Shown: positions 1 through 13,417 of the stretch, piece after piece
Layout of the letters: each line of letters starts with the position of its first letter
Position numbering within the stretch: position 1 is the stretch's first letter
Source of the DNA: Psammoneis japonica
Lineage: Eukaryota
Direction: 5' to 3'
Assembly: GCA_008632985.1 (NCBI GenBank)
Contig: QPGO01000028.1
Span: 62,001 to 126,000 of the forward strand
DNA: 64,000 nt
Notes under the pieces: model-generated
What the model was told of the DNA's origin: nothing
The model's database searches: none
What the model saw: the letters and a program-made list of their open reading frames with translations, nothing else
Position numbers and translations under genes: made by a program

Positions 1-169
1 CTAATCTATTCCCATTCCAAACCGCCGAGCCCGGTGGAGCGTCATCTGCATTTGCCCAAACGACAATTCCATCATCACCAATTGCGTGAGCAACCTTTAC
101 CAAATCAAACGCCATCACCAGAATCACCAGCATGAACCCTGCATTATTGAAACACCTCGACACATTCAT
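1..169 (-). CDS. 5' end of a putative secreted protein, running off the window start
   Basis: Read by eye from ATG at 169: MNVSRCFNNAGFMLVILVMAFDLVKVAHAIGDDGIVVWANADDAPPGSAVWNGNRL..., open to position 1, with a signal-peptide-like hydrophobic stretch. Confidence 0.45.
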   Translation of the reverse strand, partial: MNVSRCFNNAGFMLVILVMAFDLVKVAHAIGDDGIVVWANADDAPPGSAVWNGNRL

Positions 170-569
170 TTCACATGGCCTGCAGTTGTGTCTTCTTGCT
201 ATCCAAATAATAGAGACTGCACCGGCATAGATCTAAGCCCCATGTGCTGAATTGAAAAAATGATGAGAGTTCGCGCTTTTCAGCAAGAGAAAGTCACAAG
301 AGAGTCATTGTTCATTGCCAAAATGTCTTACATAGTGCTGGCGCTTTTCCACGAACCGTCCAGTCCCACTTGGGTAGCGAATTTGAGTCGTTATTCGCGA
401 ACAAAATTGTCCACCACGAACATGGTACGGAAACCAAGTCCGCAAAGAGCCACACCTAACAACGACAACACATTGCAGAAATGATGAGGATGGACTTGTA
501 TTTCCGTGATTCATCGTGTGGTGGCTCACCGTGTCGATTTCTCATAATTTTTTATCCGCAACAACAGCC

Positions 570-1751
570 ATGCGTATCGTTTCGCTCGGACACGGCACCT
601 TTCCCGAGGATGGACCAGTAACCTTTTTTCCAAACGACGAGGCTGAGTTATGGAATGACGACGGAAGGCTATCACTTACTTGGTCATCAGATGATTCGTG
701 GTCGTCATCGTGGTCTTCCAATGCAAGTTCTTCTTCGTCGTCATGCAATCGTACTCAGGAGGAGTCTTTTGTAGGAGGCTTTCAAATGGAAATTCATGAT
801 ATTGTCGATACGATTGAAGACAAGATTGTGGTATTATCCCCAACGAAAGCCTCTCCTGTGCCCAATAATCTGTACAAGACGTTCTTTATGAGATGCTCTG
901 ATTTGGATATTGATTTGCCACGTGTTGAAGGTAACTACAAGGTTGCCTCTCAGAATTCAGAACGAGGAATTCATCACGAAGACGAGAATGAACCGTGGGT
1001 AGCACTCAGTACTGGCGATGGTCAGCATTCATCGCTTGGGCCTGTTGCCACTCAAGCCTTGATCAAGACTGGTCTAGATATTGCTATGGATGCATCCATC
1101 TGGAGTCCCGAAAAGAAAACGGAAAAGCTATTGGCGGCTAAAACGTACAAGGCTTTGGGGTTTGGATTCGAAAACATTCCTAATGTAGTCAATACTCATG
1201 ACGACGTCTTGGTGTGGACCGGATCCATATCCAAAGACGATTTGCCAGCCGTACGATCGGTTGGAATTATCAATTCGAATGCAAAAGCCGTCTTGGACTT
1301 GCTCATGGATAGTTCTCGAGTCAAGGAATACAACAAGATGAGCATTGGTCGTCGAGATCTCGTGGTCTTGCAGGATGATGATGATGCCACCACCAAAATT
1401 GTGCAAAGTGACACAAAGCCACCGCTATTGCGAAAGATTCTACGGTTTGAGAGCCTACTGCACGCTCAGAAACTCGACGATAACGCGGGGTACGTGATTG
1501 TCACTCGTGCCGTAAAGACGACGCTAGGTGGAGAATCAGATGACAACGACTCGGATGATGATTCCAACATTTTATACAGCAAAGTGCTGTTGGGAGTCAA
1601 CATGATTCGAAACCTACAAGAAAACCGCTGCATCCTGATCAATGTTCATCACCTACGACCTCCTCCCAAGGTTCCTGCCGTCATGGCAAAAACGTTTGGA
1701 CTTACAGCCGCTGTCAACTTTATTCACGACATTCGCAAAGCCTTGCGCTAG
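570..1751 (+). CDS. START/SRPBCC-like lipid-binding domain protein
   Basis: ORF 516-1751, first ATG at 570. The C-terminal half has START-like motifs (AVRSVGIINSNAKAVLDLLMDSSRVKEYNKMS...YVIVTRAV...LGVNMIR). The N-terminus is Ser-rich. Confidence 0.75.
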   Translation: MRIVSLGHGTFPEDGPVTFFPNDEAELWNDDGRLSLTWSSDDSWSSSWSSNASSSSSSCNRTQEESFVGGFQMEIHDIVDTIEDKIVVLSPTKASPVPNNLYKTFFMRCSDLDIDLPRVEGNYKVASQNSERGIHHEDENEPWVALSTGDGQHSSLGPVATQALIKTGLDIAMDASIWSPEKKTEKLLAAKTYKALGFGFENIPNVVNTHDDVLVWTGSISKDDLPAVRSVGIINSNAKAVLDLLMDSSRVKEYNKMSIGRRDLVVLQDDDDATTKIVQSDTKPPLLRKILRFESLLHAQKLDDNAGYVIVTRAVKTTLGGESDDNDSDDDSNILYSKVLLGVNMIRNLQENRCILINVHHLRPPPKVPAVMAKTFGLTAAVNFIHDIRKALR

Positions 1752-1826
1752 AGAGTCACGAACGTTCGGTAGGTAATAGTGGTTGGTATAATCTATACAT
1801 TCAGTACAGTAGCAGCCCTCTTTCGC

Positions 1827-2741
1827 TTATTCAATATCTTTTTTAGCATCCAAAAATTCTGTAGTAAAGGGAATCTTTTCTTCAAAATAATGCTTCTTTT
1901 CCTTGGAAAAGGGCGTTTGATAGATGCGATCAAGCACATCAAATGACTCGTTATCCCGGACTCGACCCCAAATCGTGTGCTGCGTTTCCCACCATGTGGC
2001 TACTTCTCGATTTCTGTGTCAGAATACAAACACAAGATTCAGAACAAAGCGGCTTTCATACAATCAGCCACATTTGCAATCGTTTTTTTTGGTATTGACT
2101 CACGTGTTAATAAAAAAGTCCGGTCCCGGTCCTCCCCCAATCCACGCCACGTGACCCTTGTTCATAAAGGGACCATGACATGCACAATTCTCTCCATCCT
2201 CCTCCTTGTTGCATCTCTTGGGTTGCTCGCCCCCCGCCGGACACGTGCCTCGCACCGTATTGTGTGCAATGTCGTCATTGACAACGACACCCTGTACCGT
2301 GGAATCCTTGTCGGCTCGATAAAAACTGCAATCGGTACAACCCATCTTGACCACCTTGGAAACGTAGTCCGCAGATTCTTTGGATAGATCCGGGAGTAAT
2401 TCAATTTTAACATTTCCGTGTTTTGTTTTTAGAACAATTGTCGATTTGTTGTTTGAGTCATTTGTTGTTGTTGTTCGTTTCTTTTCTGGAACATCTGCCG
2501 CAACCATATTAACCATGGAATCCAGAGGCGTAAAGGGTAATCGTCGTGAATGGGCAACAGCTACACGACTGTCTTGAGCAGTAGCTGCAGTTTCTTCGGT
2601 GTCAGCGTCGAGTCGAAACAACAAAATGTTTAGCGCCAGCAAAATCAAACAAGCCAGCGTGTTTTTTGCATTCACAGAAGAGGACTTATAAACAGCGGGA
2701 CGACTGTATTTCCTTCGCAACGGCAGTGTACTGCTAATCAT
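1827..2741 (-). CDS. Membrane-anchored cyclophilin-like (PPIase-fold) protein, copy 1; exons 2741-2104 and 2013-1827
   Basis: N-terminal TM segment; motifs LKTKHGNVKIELLPDLS, FYRA..QG and GGGPGPDFFIN. GTGAGT donor at 2103 and CAG acceptor at 2014 join in frame to ...WWETQHTIWGRV...EKIPFT, ending TAA. Confidence 0.8.
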
Positions 2742-3421
2742 GGTTTGTCAATCAATCTGCAATGATATAATGTCGAGAAGGAACTGATGTGAGAAGAATA
2801 AGTGCGATGGGAAATGGGAAGCCTCTCGCATCTGTCGGCGGCAAAAAACACGTGAAAGCGGTTTTTCAACGGATGAGTTCATTCCATTGTATTCAGCATT
2901 GAAAGCAACAAATTTCTATGACTGATTAAGAGCCGTTAAAAACTTCAAAGCATAAAAAAATCGCACGTATTAACGTTGCGATTGTAGATTGAATATCCAA
3001 CTATGCATCCTTTCGTTATATATAAATATTTCAACGGATAAAAACTATTGTGTGCTCTAGTCAATTGGTTTATCCATGGTCTAACATTGCATACTTTTTT
3101 CACGCAAGAGGGCAGTTCCACCCAAACATTTCGAAAATAATCTAAACGCCGGTCCAATTAGCGACTCACTGTTGCTTCACTTTTTTCTCCCGATCAAGCC
3201 ACAATTGAAAGATACCCGCCTCAACATCTCATGCACTTTTTCAGAAATATGATGAACATTGAGGACGTTAGATCAAGATTAAATTTTGAGATCGATCCGA
3301 CGCGATCCAATTTTTACTTTCCCTCATTCCAAGCCTCATTCTTTTCCAGAGCTCACAATTTTTCAGATTGCTCAAAAGCGCACTCGTCATTTCACAACAT
3401 TCAAAACTTTGAAAGAGCACC

Positions 3422-5101
3422 ATGAAGCTTTTCCCACTGGGAATGTTCTCCGTTGTCCTTGGCGCAGTCCAAGCTCAAACCTCCCTTGACGAGAAGCACC
3501 TCCGACTTGCGAATGGTGGAGGAAACGTACGTATTGAGATTCCACCAAGAGCAAGTGCATACATATCACCAATGATACCTCTTTAACATATCTATACACT
3601 TGTTCTTGTTAATACATTCGCTCAGGTCAACAAAGAAGGCAAGGACAAAGAAGGAGTCCATCCAAGACGCAGGGCGTTTCGAATGCTTCAAGAAGAAGCA
3701 GGCGACAGTACTCCGTCGCCAGATGGCGCATCATCCAAAATTGGTCCCGGTGTTCTTGAGTCAGTAAGGCAATCTGCCGAACGCAATCACAAGTCCTCGG
3801 ATCTTTTCATGATTGCACTGCAAGCTCCCTCACGCAACAGCAGCATGGATCGTAAGAAGAAAGAGATCAAACGCATGCAGAAGGACGTGCTCAAATCTGT
3901 TGGATCCGGCTATACATCTACATTCATGTACTCGTGCGTTCCGGCCATGGCCGGAGTACTTCTTTCCGAACGAGCAGTTGAAGCACTTGCTCGAAACCCA
4001 AATGTCAAGAAGGTTGACTTGGATAAGGGCTGTACCACGAGCCTTGAGAATAGCGTGCCGCTCATCAACGCAAACGACCGCCACGATGTTGGAAATACTG
4101 GAAGTGGCGTTGTTGTTGCAGTGATTGACTCGGGCATTGACACGGACCATTCCAACCTTGTCGATAGTCTTGTACACGAAGCGTGTTTTGACATTGTTCC
4201 TGACGGTCTAAATGCGACATCCAGGTGTCCCAACGGTGAAAAAATACAGGTCGGTTCAGGCGCCGCAGAAGATGAAAACGGGCATGGCACTTTTGTGTCG
4301 GGCGTTGTAGCATCCAACGGGTTGCAGGGAGGCATCGGTGTGGCGCCGGATGCTAATATCGTTGCAATGAAAACCCAATTCGGTCCCAAAGGTCGGGGAT
4401 ACCGCGCATCAACTGTTGCTGCACTGGATTACATTATTGATAATCCTCAGTTGAATGTGAGGGTTGTCAACTTGAGTCTCGGTTCGTTAAATGTTTTGTA
4501 TCCTGGTGTCTGCGATGACTCTGATTCTATAACCATGTCTGAAGCCGAGGCATTCAATGAGCTGTATGCCGATGGTATTGTTGCTATTGCTGCCGCAGGA
4601 AATGACGGGTCGACGACGGAAATGACCTCACCTGCATGTCTAAGAAATGTAATCTCTGTTGGCGCTTCTGACAACAATGATAATGCTGCCTCGTTTACAA
4701 ACAGCAACCAGTTCACGGACGTCTTCGCGCCGGGAGTCGGTATCATCTCGTCCGGTTTGGGAGACACGCTGACGGTCAATCAAGGTACGAGTTTTTCTTC
4801 ACCGCATGTCGCAGGCTGTGCTGCTCTCTTGCTTCAGAACGGAGAAGCCAATACACCTCAAGAAATCAAGGAAAGGTTGACGGCCTCTGATTTTACTGTG
4901 ACGGTTCCAGGAAACGGTTTAACCTTCCCCCGACTTGACTGTGGCTTCATGATGGATCCTCCTCAACCGCCTACAGAGTTCTCCATGTCATTCTCGTACG
5001 ACTATTTCAGGTCGTTGAGTCTGAGCGAGATTCGTGGTTGGGACACTGAGTTTGGAATGGCAGCTGCGAATGAAGGAAAGGATCATGAAGAAAGCAATTA
5101 G
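3422..5101 (+). CDS. Secreted subtilisin-like serine protease (S8); exons 3422-3526 and 3626-5101
   Basis: Signal peptide MKLFPLGMFSVVLGAVQA. The GT..AG intron 3527-3625 keeps the frame. Catalytic motifs VIDSGID, HGTFVSG, AAAGNDG and GTSFSSPHVAG are present. Confidence 0.9.
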
Positions 5102-5978
5102 AAGAATCATCAAGCTGGTTTTCGAGGCAGTGGCGCACCACGGCGGTCGCTGTTTCTTTTGCGAAAACTCAAACATCTTTTTGGATTTGCACGTTTAGTC
5201 TCAAGTATCGAAGCAATCTTCCGGCCAATGATAACAACAAATAAGAAGGAAAATGGCTTCGATAATGATTCTCGAGATGGCGAAGCACTTATACTTCGTT
5301 CTACTTTTGTGACGGGGATTGTTATGTATAGTGTAACAGAATAGGAAGTGATATAATCACGAATCTATTTACTCTACTACGCTTGACGTTTTGTAGTGAC
5401 ACTTCCAAAAGTACCACGCACAAAACAAGATGATTAATCTCTAGCGTATATTGTCATTGATCTTCTGGCGAAGGAAGAGCTGGTCGGGAACGTGCTGCAT
5501 CCCGATTCGCAGCGACAGTGATGGGCAAGGCAGCACACAGTTCGGGTGAAAAGTCAAAAAAGACGAATCGTTTGACTTTCTTGAAACGCTACTGTGATTG
5601 ACTATGGCATCGCCAAGCGGAAACGGCCCTAGTGGATGAGAGGATGCCTATCTTCACCAAATGGTCGCTCGCACCTTCATTGCCTTTTGGTATTTAGGTG
5701 AACAGGAACGCAAAACGAAAGTGAGCTTCCTCCTAAGGCATGAGCGAATGATGACATATTTTGTTGGACGTTTCGTCGTTTCCGACATCATTTGCGGACT
5801 CGATCCCCAAAGGGAAAAGCGCAATGGCACAGGTTCCAAAAGCAACTAGAGAGGCACCAATGAGACGGCTCAAGAGAAAAAGCCAAACTTTATAACGAGA
5901 GTATATATTCGTTTTTGATCGCAGAAATTCACCAAAGCTGGTATCGCTTTGCCAGACACTCGACTTGTTTGTAATCAG

Positions 5979-7004
5979 TTATTCCAGCAAAACTTCGTAT
6001 TCAGTACAATAGCCTTCTACTCTTTGTTTCCAGTCATCATGAATGTCGTTCAGTTGCTTCAACTCGTACGGGCGTATCTCCCAAGGCTTGTGGCCACTGT
6101 AGTGAAGCAACGATATGTTTTCCAACAACGTGGGGTCATCTTCTTCTTCTACATAAGAATCCAACTCCAACAGAGAACCTGGCAACAAGCCTGTTTTGTG
6201 ATTTTTCTTGAAAAAGCGTCCCAACATATCCATGTCATACATTCCCTCTGGGGTTGTTCCATGTGGGAAGTACTTCTGCTTGATTGATTCATAAATGCCA
6301 GGATCAGGGCTGAGCACCATGAGCACACTGCAAACTTCAGTATGCGGAAGCCAGTGTGGGCGGACCGCCCAGAAATCGGGCAATCCTGGCGGGAGGTCAA
6401 AGAGGTTGTGCAACGGTCTGAGAGGATAGGAATCGGCGTCCAGAAAAATAATCCTGTCGTACGGCACACGGAAAATGCTGAGTTTCGTGAGAACGCCTTT
6501 GTAGTAAGAAATTCCGCTTGTCGTTTCTGGAATATCATCAAATCCGTGAAAGCTGCTGACAAGGTTGGTCCTGTTCAACCGAGCAATCATCTCTGACTCA
6601 ACGTGGTCCCGGTTGTACACCACTGCGGTGTCAACACATCCCGGGGCCCCAAGATCTCGCAGTTTTTGAATCGAAGCCACAATGGAACAAGCATAGCCGG
6701 AAGGATCCGAGAGGTACCAAACGAATGCCAACCGTCGTCCGCCACAGAAATCCGAAGCAGTAACCCCTGATTCATCTTTCTTTCCAGGTGCAGTTGCGGC
6801 CTCTGCAACGAGCCGATGGTTTGGGTAGCCACGAAAAAAGAACTGACTTGATGCCATCACTTCAAATGCCGCCACCATCACCATAACTTCAAACGCCGCC
6901 ACCATCATCAGCATTGCCATGAGTCCTCCGATAAGGGAGCCACGTCTCTTGGTATGGTTTTTTGCCACGTCTTTACGGTAGTGTGCTGGGTCGTCATGGT
7001 TCAT
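5979..7004 (-). CDS. Glycosyltransferase family 8 (glycogenin-like), type II membrane protein
   Basis: N-terminal TM segment; motifs KLSIFRVPYDRIIFLDADS (DxD), DMDML and HYSGHKPW. Confidence 0.85.
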   Translation of the reverse strand: MNHDDPAHYRKDVAKNHTKRRGSLIGGLMAMLMMVAAFEVMVMVAAFEVMASSQFFFRGYPNHRLVAEAATAPGKKDESGVTASDFCGGRRLAFVWYLSDPSGYACSIVASIQKLRDLGAPGCVDTAVVYNRDHVESEMIARLNRTNLVSSFHGFDDIPETTSGISYYKGVLTKLSIFRVPYDRIIFLDADSYPLRPLHNLFDLPPGLPDFWAVRPHWLPHTEVCSVLMVLSPDPGIYESIKQKYFPHGTTPEGMYDMDMLGRFFKKNHKTGLLPGSLLELDSYVEEEDDPTLLENISLLHYSGHKPWEIRPYELKQLNDIHDDWKQRVEGYCTEYEVLLE

Positions 7005-7249
7005 TTTTCATTTTTCTCTTTTGCGACAGGAAAAGAAAGAGGTTGATCCTTTTGACCACGCTCTTTCTATCTCAACTTTGTTTGAAAACAAGAATTTGAT
7101 TCAAAAGAGGTGATAGATAGAACTTGGTCCCGAAACTTTTTCTGCAAGCGTTATTTGTACCGCGCATGATGTTTTTGTGGGGTGTAGTCGTGTGTCGTGT
7201 GCGGCGCGGCGATTTCGTTCTGCAGTGATGGACAGACAGGATCGCAACA

Positions 7250-10200
7250 GTTTTGGCGATGGCTTGTGTGGTTGAAGCCGTTGCAACCATCCATCAGAAT
7301 GGCATGGATGCGGCAGATGTGGCACTTCCATTGGGTCATGATGGATGCAAGACCTCCACTGGTTTGTGATGGTTGAGAGCTTGTGCCAGCAGAGCCACCA
7401 AGACGGGGGCAGAGCACCACCAGCCGCACAAGAAGAAAGAAGATGAGACGCAGCAGAGACACGCTGCCTCCCACACTGCGTTGTGCAGTGGTTGCTCAAG
7501 TTTAAGACTTGAGCCACTTGCCATGCCAAGCCCCACACAATCAAACCATCATGAGATTTTCTGCAGGAATTCCATGATGTCTGCAGTCTTCTTGCTCTTG
7601 GGGCACATTGTCTTTTCGCCTTCAGCAGCTCTTGAGCATGTTGTGAAAAAGCCACAAGCCATCACAATTTCTGTTTGATCATGCTGAAACTTCTCATTCA
7701 GAGCCCTTTTGGGCCACCAATGACATCAAACAGCACAGCAACACAGTGTTGTCACTTTGAGAAGCTGCGAGCTGCTTGAATTTTGACTGCAAGATCTGCT
7801 GAGATGACAAAACAAGAAAGTGTTGTTTTCACATCTCTGCCACATCCTTGCTTTTTCATGTGATGTTGGCCAGCACAACAGAGAAGTTTTCCTGGGTTTT
7901 CCTTGAAATGACAAGCTCACATTTTGTCTCATGCTTCATGTTGTTGCCCACTTCATTGAGAAGAGTGTCGCCACCACATCTTCAATTGTGGCACAGGGAG
8001 GGCATGTTGCTGCAGTTGCAAACAGCACATCTGTTGGGAGGTCAATCTGCGTGTCATTGCACATCAGCACTTGCATGCACAAAAGATGTGTGCAACTGGA
8101 AAGAGCAACCAATCTGTCATTGTTGTGGCCACTTTTCTGGCTGGCTGGCCAGGCATCTCTTGACCCCTTTCTGCCACAACATCTGGGTGTGGCGGCAACA
8201 AGCGGCAAAAGGCAGCAGCTTTTGGCACTCACTCCTCCACTGTGACACCGGAACTTGACAAAGCAACATTGGTTCTCCTCACACAAATGGCGTGCATGCA
8301 CAAAAACCTGGTTTGTGGGGCCACACTGCTGCCAGCACACCGCAGCTGACCAAACTTTTTTCCTTCTCCATCCACCACCACTGGCTGCTGGTGGTGCCCA
8401 TCACCAAGCACAAGCTTGCTCTGAGCTGCAAAGGGCCAAAGCTGCATGCAATGCCTCATCATGGTGGGCAGTGCACTGGCTGCTCAGTCTGCTTGGTTGC
8501 TGCACAGCATGCTGCTGCTTTGTTGTTCTTTTGCACTGCTGCCCCATGCTGCCAGCTTTTCTCATCCCCCTTGCTGGAGTCACAGCAGTGCTCACAAGCT
8601 CACCAGGTGCCAGGTGCAAGAGCTCTTACATGGGAGGGCAGATCAGACAAAAAGATGGAACAGGAGTGGAGGTGTTGTTGGCCAAAGAATGGCGCTGGCC
8701 TTTCTTGGCAATGGCAGTGGCAAGATTTGCACTTTCAAATGGGGGGTCAGCAACAAGGTGTCATTGATCAGCAATGTGAGTGTTTTGCTCATGCTCTCAG
8801 TCCAGGTCTTCTTGAAAGTTGGAGAAAAATTTTCCACTGAAGCTTCCAGTGGGTGTTGACTTCCAACAATGATCCAATCAAATTTCATTGTCTTCTCAGG
8901 ATGACAGTGCAAATTGAAGTGCAGCTTTCATGCCTGCAATCACCTTCTGTGTGCAAATTGACAATGCAGTGGTTTTCATGAATCAGCGGAGTCATTTGTT
9001 TCTTGTCACATCTCAAAAGAAAGAGTGCTGCGTTCCAGACTTTTCATCCTCTTCCTGACAATCCTTTTGCCTGAGCATCATCATTGATGTGTGCAAATCC
9101 CCTCACCTCCATTGGCCATTGTTGGTCCCACTGCACCTCCCATTTCTTCATGTCACCAGCCCCAATCTGCCATTGCTTCCAAAATGTGAGCAAACATGAA
9201 GTCATTCTACAAAAGGCAAACTGAGTCAATGTGCTCACTGTGGCAACTTTTTCAACAAATGTGTTGAGCTCGAAACTGCACACACCAACCTTGCTCATAG
9301 ATTCATCCTCAACAGCTGTCATTTGACAGACAAGCTCCACATCAAATCTGCAGGCTTCATCACAAGGCAGCATTTTTCAGTCGGGATCTGTTTTTGGTCT
9401 AACTCTGGATTTCAATGGCAGACATTTGCTCACAGCAAGATTGTGCTTGTGATCACATGGCAGTCTGCTCTGTGTTGAACTGTCTGTGTCTCCATCATGT
9501 CCACAAGTGTGGTCAATCCCTCCCTTGAATTGTTGGAGCTGTGAGTGCTTCCCATTCATTGCCCTTGCCATCACTGTCAGAGTTGACATTCCACCCATTT
9601 TTTGCTCCCCCAGCTGTCACCTTGAGATGCTTCACAAGCGTTTCTCAAGTGCTGCCCACATCCAATCCGGCTGCATCAAGCTTCCTGTGCATCACAGCAA
9701 CACTCATCTTTGCCGCCACATTGTCCTTGATGTCTGCCTGGTCAAAGGCCCCAGACTGAAACTCTGCTGTCATCAACTCCCTCAGATGTCTGGGCAAATC
9801 AAGGTCCTTGAAAGCTTTGGTCCTTGCCACTTCTTCCTTGTTGGACACAAAGTGGTTGAGAGCAGCTTCCTTGAGCTGGGCACAATTTCTGCTGTCTGTG
9901 TGGAGAAGCACACTTGTGACATTGTCGTTTGTGATTGAGGAATCTGCCAGCTTGGCTTCAAGTTGAAGCTTGAGGGCAGCACAACAAAACTTTTGTTGGC
10001 AAGATCAAGAAGGGAGATTTTGTGTCTTTTGCCCATGTCAATGTCCTCAGGAAGCTCATCAAGACAAACATGCTTCAGGAAAGACAAAATGACTGAACTT
10101 TCAACCTCATCAATCATGATGGTCTTCTTTTCTTTGTTCGATTCACACTGAAATGTTTTCGCAAAACCCGGGGCCTGCATGGCAAGAATTGATTTGTGTG

Positions 10201-12450
10201 TCTGAAAAGCTTTGTCACCAAGAACAGCAAGGGCATTGTCCCAGAAGTCTCTTGACTCAAACAACTTTTTCATGTCCTTCATGAAGGTGCCAGTGGGACA
10301 CCAAGTGATTTTCCTGCTGAGACCAATTGGAAGCCTTTGTGGTGAGTGCTCCATCATTTGGGCGACCTTCAAAAGCATCAAGCACCTTGGATTGTTTCAC
10401 AATCCACAGCGGCAAGGTCAAGCTGTTAGCTCTGACAGTCACATTTGGCTTTGATGGAACAAGACCATTTTCCCCTGCTTGCAACATGCACTTCATGTCA
10501 ACTTTTCCAAGCACATGATCCAGCTCAAGAGCAGTCACATGCACTGCATGCAATTTGATCCCCATTTCCTTCCACACTGGAGGCCTCATCTCAGTGTAGA
10601 AACAGCTTCACCTGAAAAACTCACAACCATGGCAAGAAAGCAATGGGGAGAGGATGCACTCTCCTTGGCACAAATGGTGTGCATGGGGGAGAATGTCTTT
10701 TTGCATCCAACGTCAACAGACACAGCGATTTGTTCTTCTCTTGCCATGGTGAAAATCCAATCATTGACACATGATTGTGATGTGGTGGTGCTGCAGCAGG
10801 TTTTCTGTCATGAGGAAGCACCCCTGAGCAGGGGGGCAGCATGTCATCCATGCAAAGGTGCAAAGGTTTGTGCACACATGGAATTGGGCATGCTGTCCCA
10901 TGCAAAATGTCAGCCCAAATCATGCACGAAACCCCAGCATGACACGCTGCATGACGACAACCCCGTGATGGGCCAAAAACATGATTCATCCACAGCTTGC
11001 TCCAAACTTCTCTCTTTCCTCTTGCTGTGAAGCTCCAGTGAAGACCCCAAGGGGCACCAGCATGTGTGCAGTTCCAACCGAGGTTGATGTGGTTGCACAG
11101 CATTCTTGTCTTTGTGCATGGCCACAAAAGGCAGCAACAGCACGGCAGTGACCATGCAGCAGCTTGCATTGCAGATTGCACCAGAAATGATGCTTTGGGT
11201 GTGTGATGTCATTGGAGTTGCTGCTGGCAGCAGAAGATGAAGTGAAAAGCAAAAACAGTTGCTGTGCTTGGACCAGCAATGAGCTGGGGAGGAGCAGGGG
11301 TGCTGCCGGCAACTTTTTTGCATGAGCTCTGCAAAGCTGCCAACAACTGCCAAGTTTCTTTGTCAGCTGTTTGACAAAAAAAGCTGTCTGGTGTTCAACA
11401 AGAGACAAACAGGGCTCAACAAGAGCCCCCAGTTGGAAAATGTCATTGCCCCAGCAGCAAAGAGCCTCTTTTTGCATTTGTCATTTCTCATTGACCAGCA
11501 GCTCTTGCTCACCCCAACAAATGGCAACTTTGTTTTGCAGCATCAAAAACTGGGCAAGAAGCTCCCAGTGTGCATCCTGTGTTGACCCTTCACACATGAT
11601 GTGACACATGCATGATGGCTGGTCACCGCGTGCTTGTCATGAGCCATGCTTTCAATGCACGTGCTCACATGTCATCAGCTGCCTCTGTGGACAGCCAACA
11701 GATGCACAACAGTGGCATTGCTGCACTGTTGCCACAGGTGTTTGCTGTGGCCCTCTCTCAGTTGTTGCCCATGCGGTGCTCCAGCTCCAGTTGGGACACT
11801 TCTGGACACCTTTGAAAGGGCACTTGTTGCTTCTTGAAGAACTGGCCACTCAATTTCAAAAATTTCAACAAAGGAAATTGTGCCAGTGCACAAACAGTGA
11901 TGCCATCATTTGTGGTCTGTCAAAACTTTTTTCAATTTTTTGAAATTCAAAAAACTGGCTCAATGACAAGATGTCTCAAAAAATGCCTCAAATCACTCGA
12001 CTTCACTTCACCTGGCTGGGAGAGCTGGAGCACACTCCCCTTCTCCCCTGCCAAAGCCACAGTGCTTGCAAGCTCACCTCTGGCCAGGCAGCAGTCCCAT
12101 GCTGTGTGGAAGAAGTCACCCTCTCTGTCCTGGCCAGCTTCTCTCTGGGGAAGGGGGTGCTGCACTGGGGCGAGAGCAGAGCAGAGCAGATGACCATCGT
12201 GGACACAGAGGGTGTCTGGCATCCAAAGAGAGCTTTTCTTGGTCTTCTCGCTGTGAGCTCTCTCTTGTCCGGAGCACTCACTCAGAGGAGTTGCAGCCAA
12301 GCCGTTCACGATTGTCTTGACTGACCAAACACACATGACCCGAGAAAATTCCTGAGACTTTGTCAATGCGCTTGGAGCGAGCCGAACAAAGCAAGCTGGG
12401 CGGGCGAAAAGATCATTTGGCAATTTCGATCAGTCCATGTAAAAGATTCC
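7250..12450. other. TpA-depleted (and CpG-depleted) degenerate block 1
   Basis: TA is nearly absent and TG/CA is in excess, with many overlapping Cys/His-rich spurious ORFs. Contains a decayed MATH-BTB copy. Edges are approximate. Confidence 0.85.
9580..10590 (-). pseudogene. Heavily decayed MATH-BTB paralogue
   Basis: Frameshifted fragments match the intact copies: FQTHKSILAMQAPGFAKTFQCES, LKHVCLDELP, DSRNCAQLKEAALNHF and MHRKLDAAGLDVGST. Confidence 0.85.
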
Positions 12451-12683
12451 TCTAGGTGGCACTTTTCTACAGGACAGGTAATTTCAACTGATCCTCGCAC
12501 GACTAAAAAAGGAATTTGGAAAGCAATGTATCTTCAAGCAAAAAGAACAAATAACGGGAAAGAACTTTCCGTGCTAGTGCCTCATCTGCTCGATTTGCTG
12601 ATCTGAGAAGAGACGTTGAAAGCATCAGACCACGGCTAGAGTCTGTGCTGTGGGATTGTAAAACCATTGCGTACTTCTTCATC

Positions 12684-13262
12684 ATGCATGGGTCATCTGG
12701 GCTGGTCGGATCAGTGCTTTTTGTGATGTTATTATTTCTCAGCACTTTGCGCATGGCTCTGGCACAACGCCATCCTGAAGCCGTGGGCACACCGTGGGAG
12801 GATTTTGGTTTGTCGTTTTACGTCCAACGCAACGACTCCTATGCATATGGCACAACGGGCAAGGGCGAGTATAACGAATTCAGTCCTGTAAATGTGCTCT
12901 GTCCATTGCCCACCACAAACAGCGGCCGCGTCGAGTGCAGCTGCAGCGTGCAAGTGGTTGGATTCCAGGACGACTTTCTTCAGAAATGTAAAACGTGTGG
13001 ATACGGCCATTGCAAAGGAGAAAATGTTTACATCGATTGCCGTAATGTCGAAGGACTGGATTTGGACCGTCATAGGGCATGCATCGACGAATGCAGCAAC
13101 AGCGCCTTGAAAGGAGTATGCAAATCCAGCGTGGTGCGCGATGTTGAAGACTTTTTCAAGGACAATCAGGCTTGGCTATATCCCGTGGCGGGTGTGATTG
13201 GTTTTGTTTTGCTTTCCGTGGTTGGGCTCATTGTTTGGCGTTCTTGCATTCGTCGGAAATGA
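12684..13262 (+). CDS. Small Cys-rich single-pass membrane protein (signal peptide plus C-terminal TM)
   Basis: ATG at 12684, hydrophobic N-terminus, Cys-rich ectodomain, and TM segment WLYPVAGVIGFVLLSVVGLIVW followed by basic residues. Confidence 0.75.
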   Translation: MHGSSGLVGSVLFVMLLFLSTLRMALAQRHPEAVGTPWEDFGLSFYVQRNDSYAYGTTGKGEYNEFSPVNVLCPLPTTNSGRVECSCSVQVVGFQDDFLQKCKTCGYGHCKGENVYIDCRNVEGLDLDRHRACIDECSNSALKGVCKSSVVRDVEDFFKDNQAWLYPVAGVIGFVLLSVVGLIVWRSCIRRK

Positions 13263-13417
13263 TAGAATTCTCTACAACAGTTTTGGGTGTTGAGTATTGA
13301 AAAGAAGATAAACGTTTAAACCCACATGTTGTATTCGTGCATTCTTTCGTTTTTTCTACAATTCACCTGTCAATCTCGCCTTGAATGGGATTCTCTCCTC
13401 AAGCATGGTCTTGTCCT

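Noticed and set aside
6855..6910. 27-nt duplication in the GT8 TM region (MMVAAFEV/VMVAAFEV)
   Set aside because: An ordinary in-frame slippage duplication.
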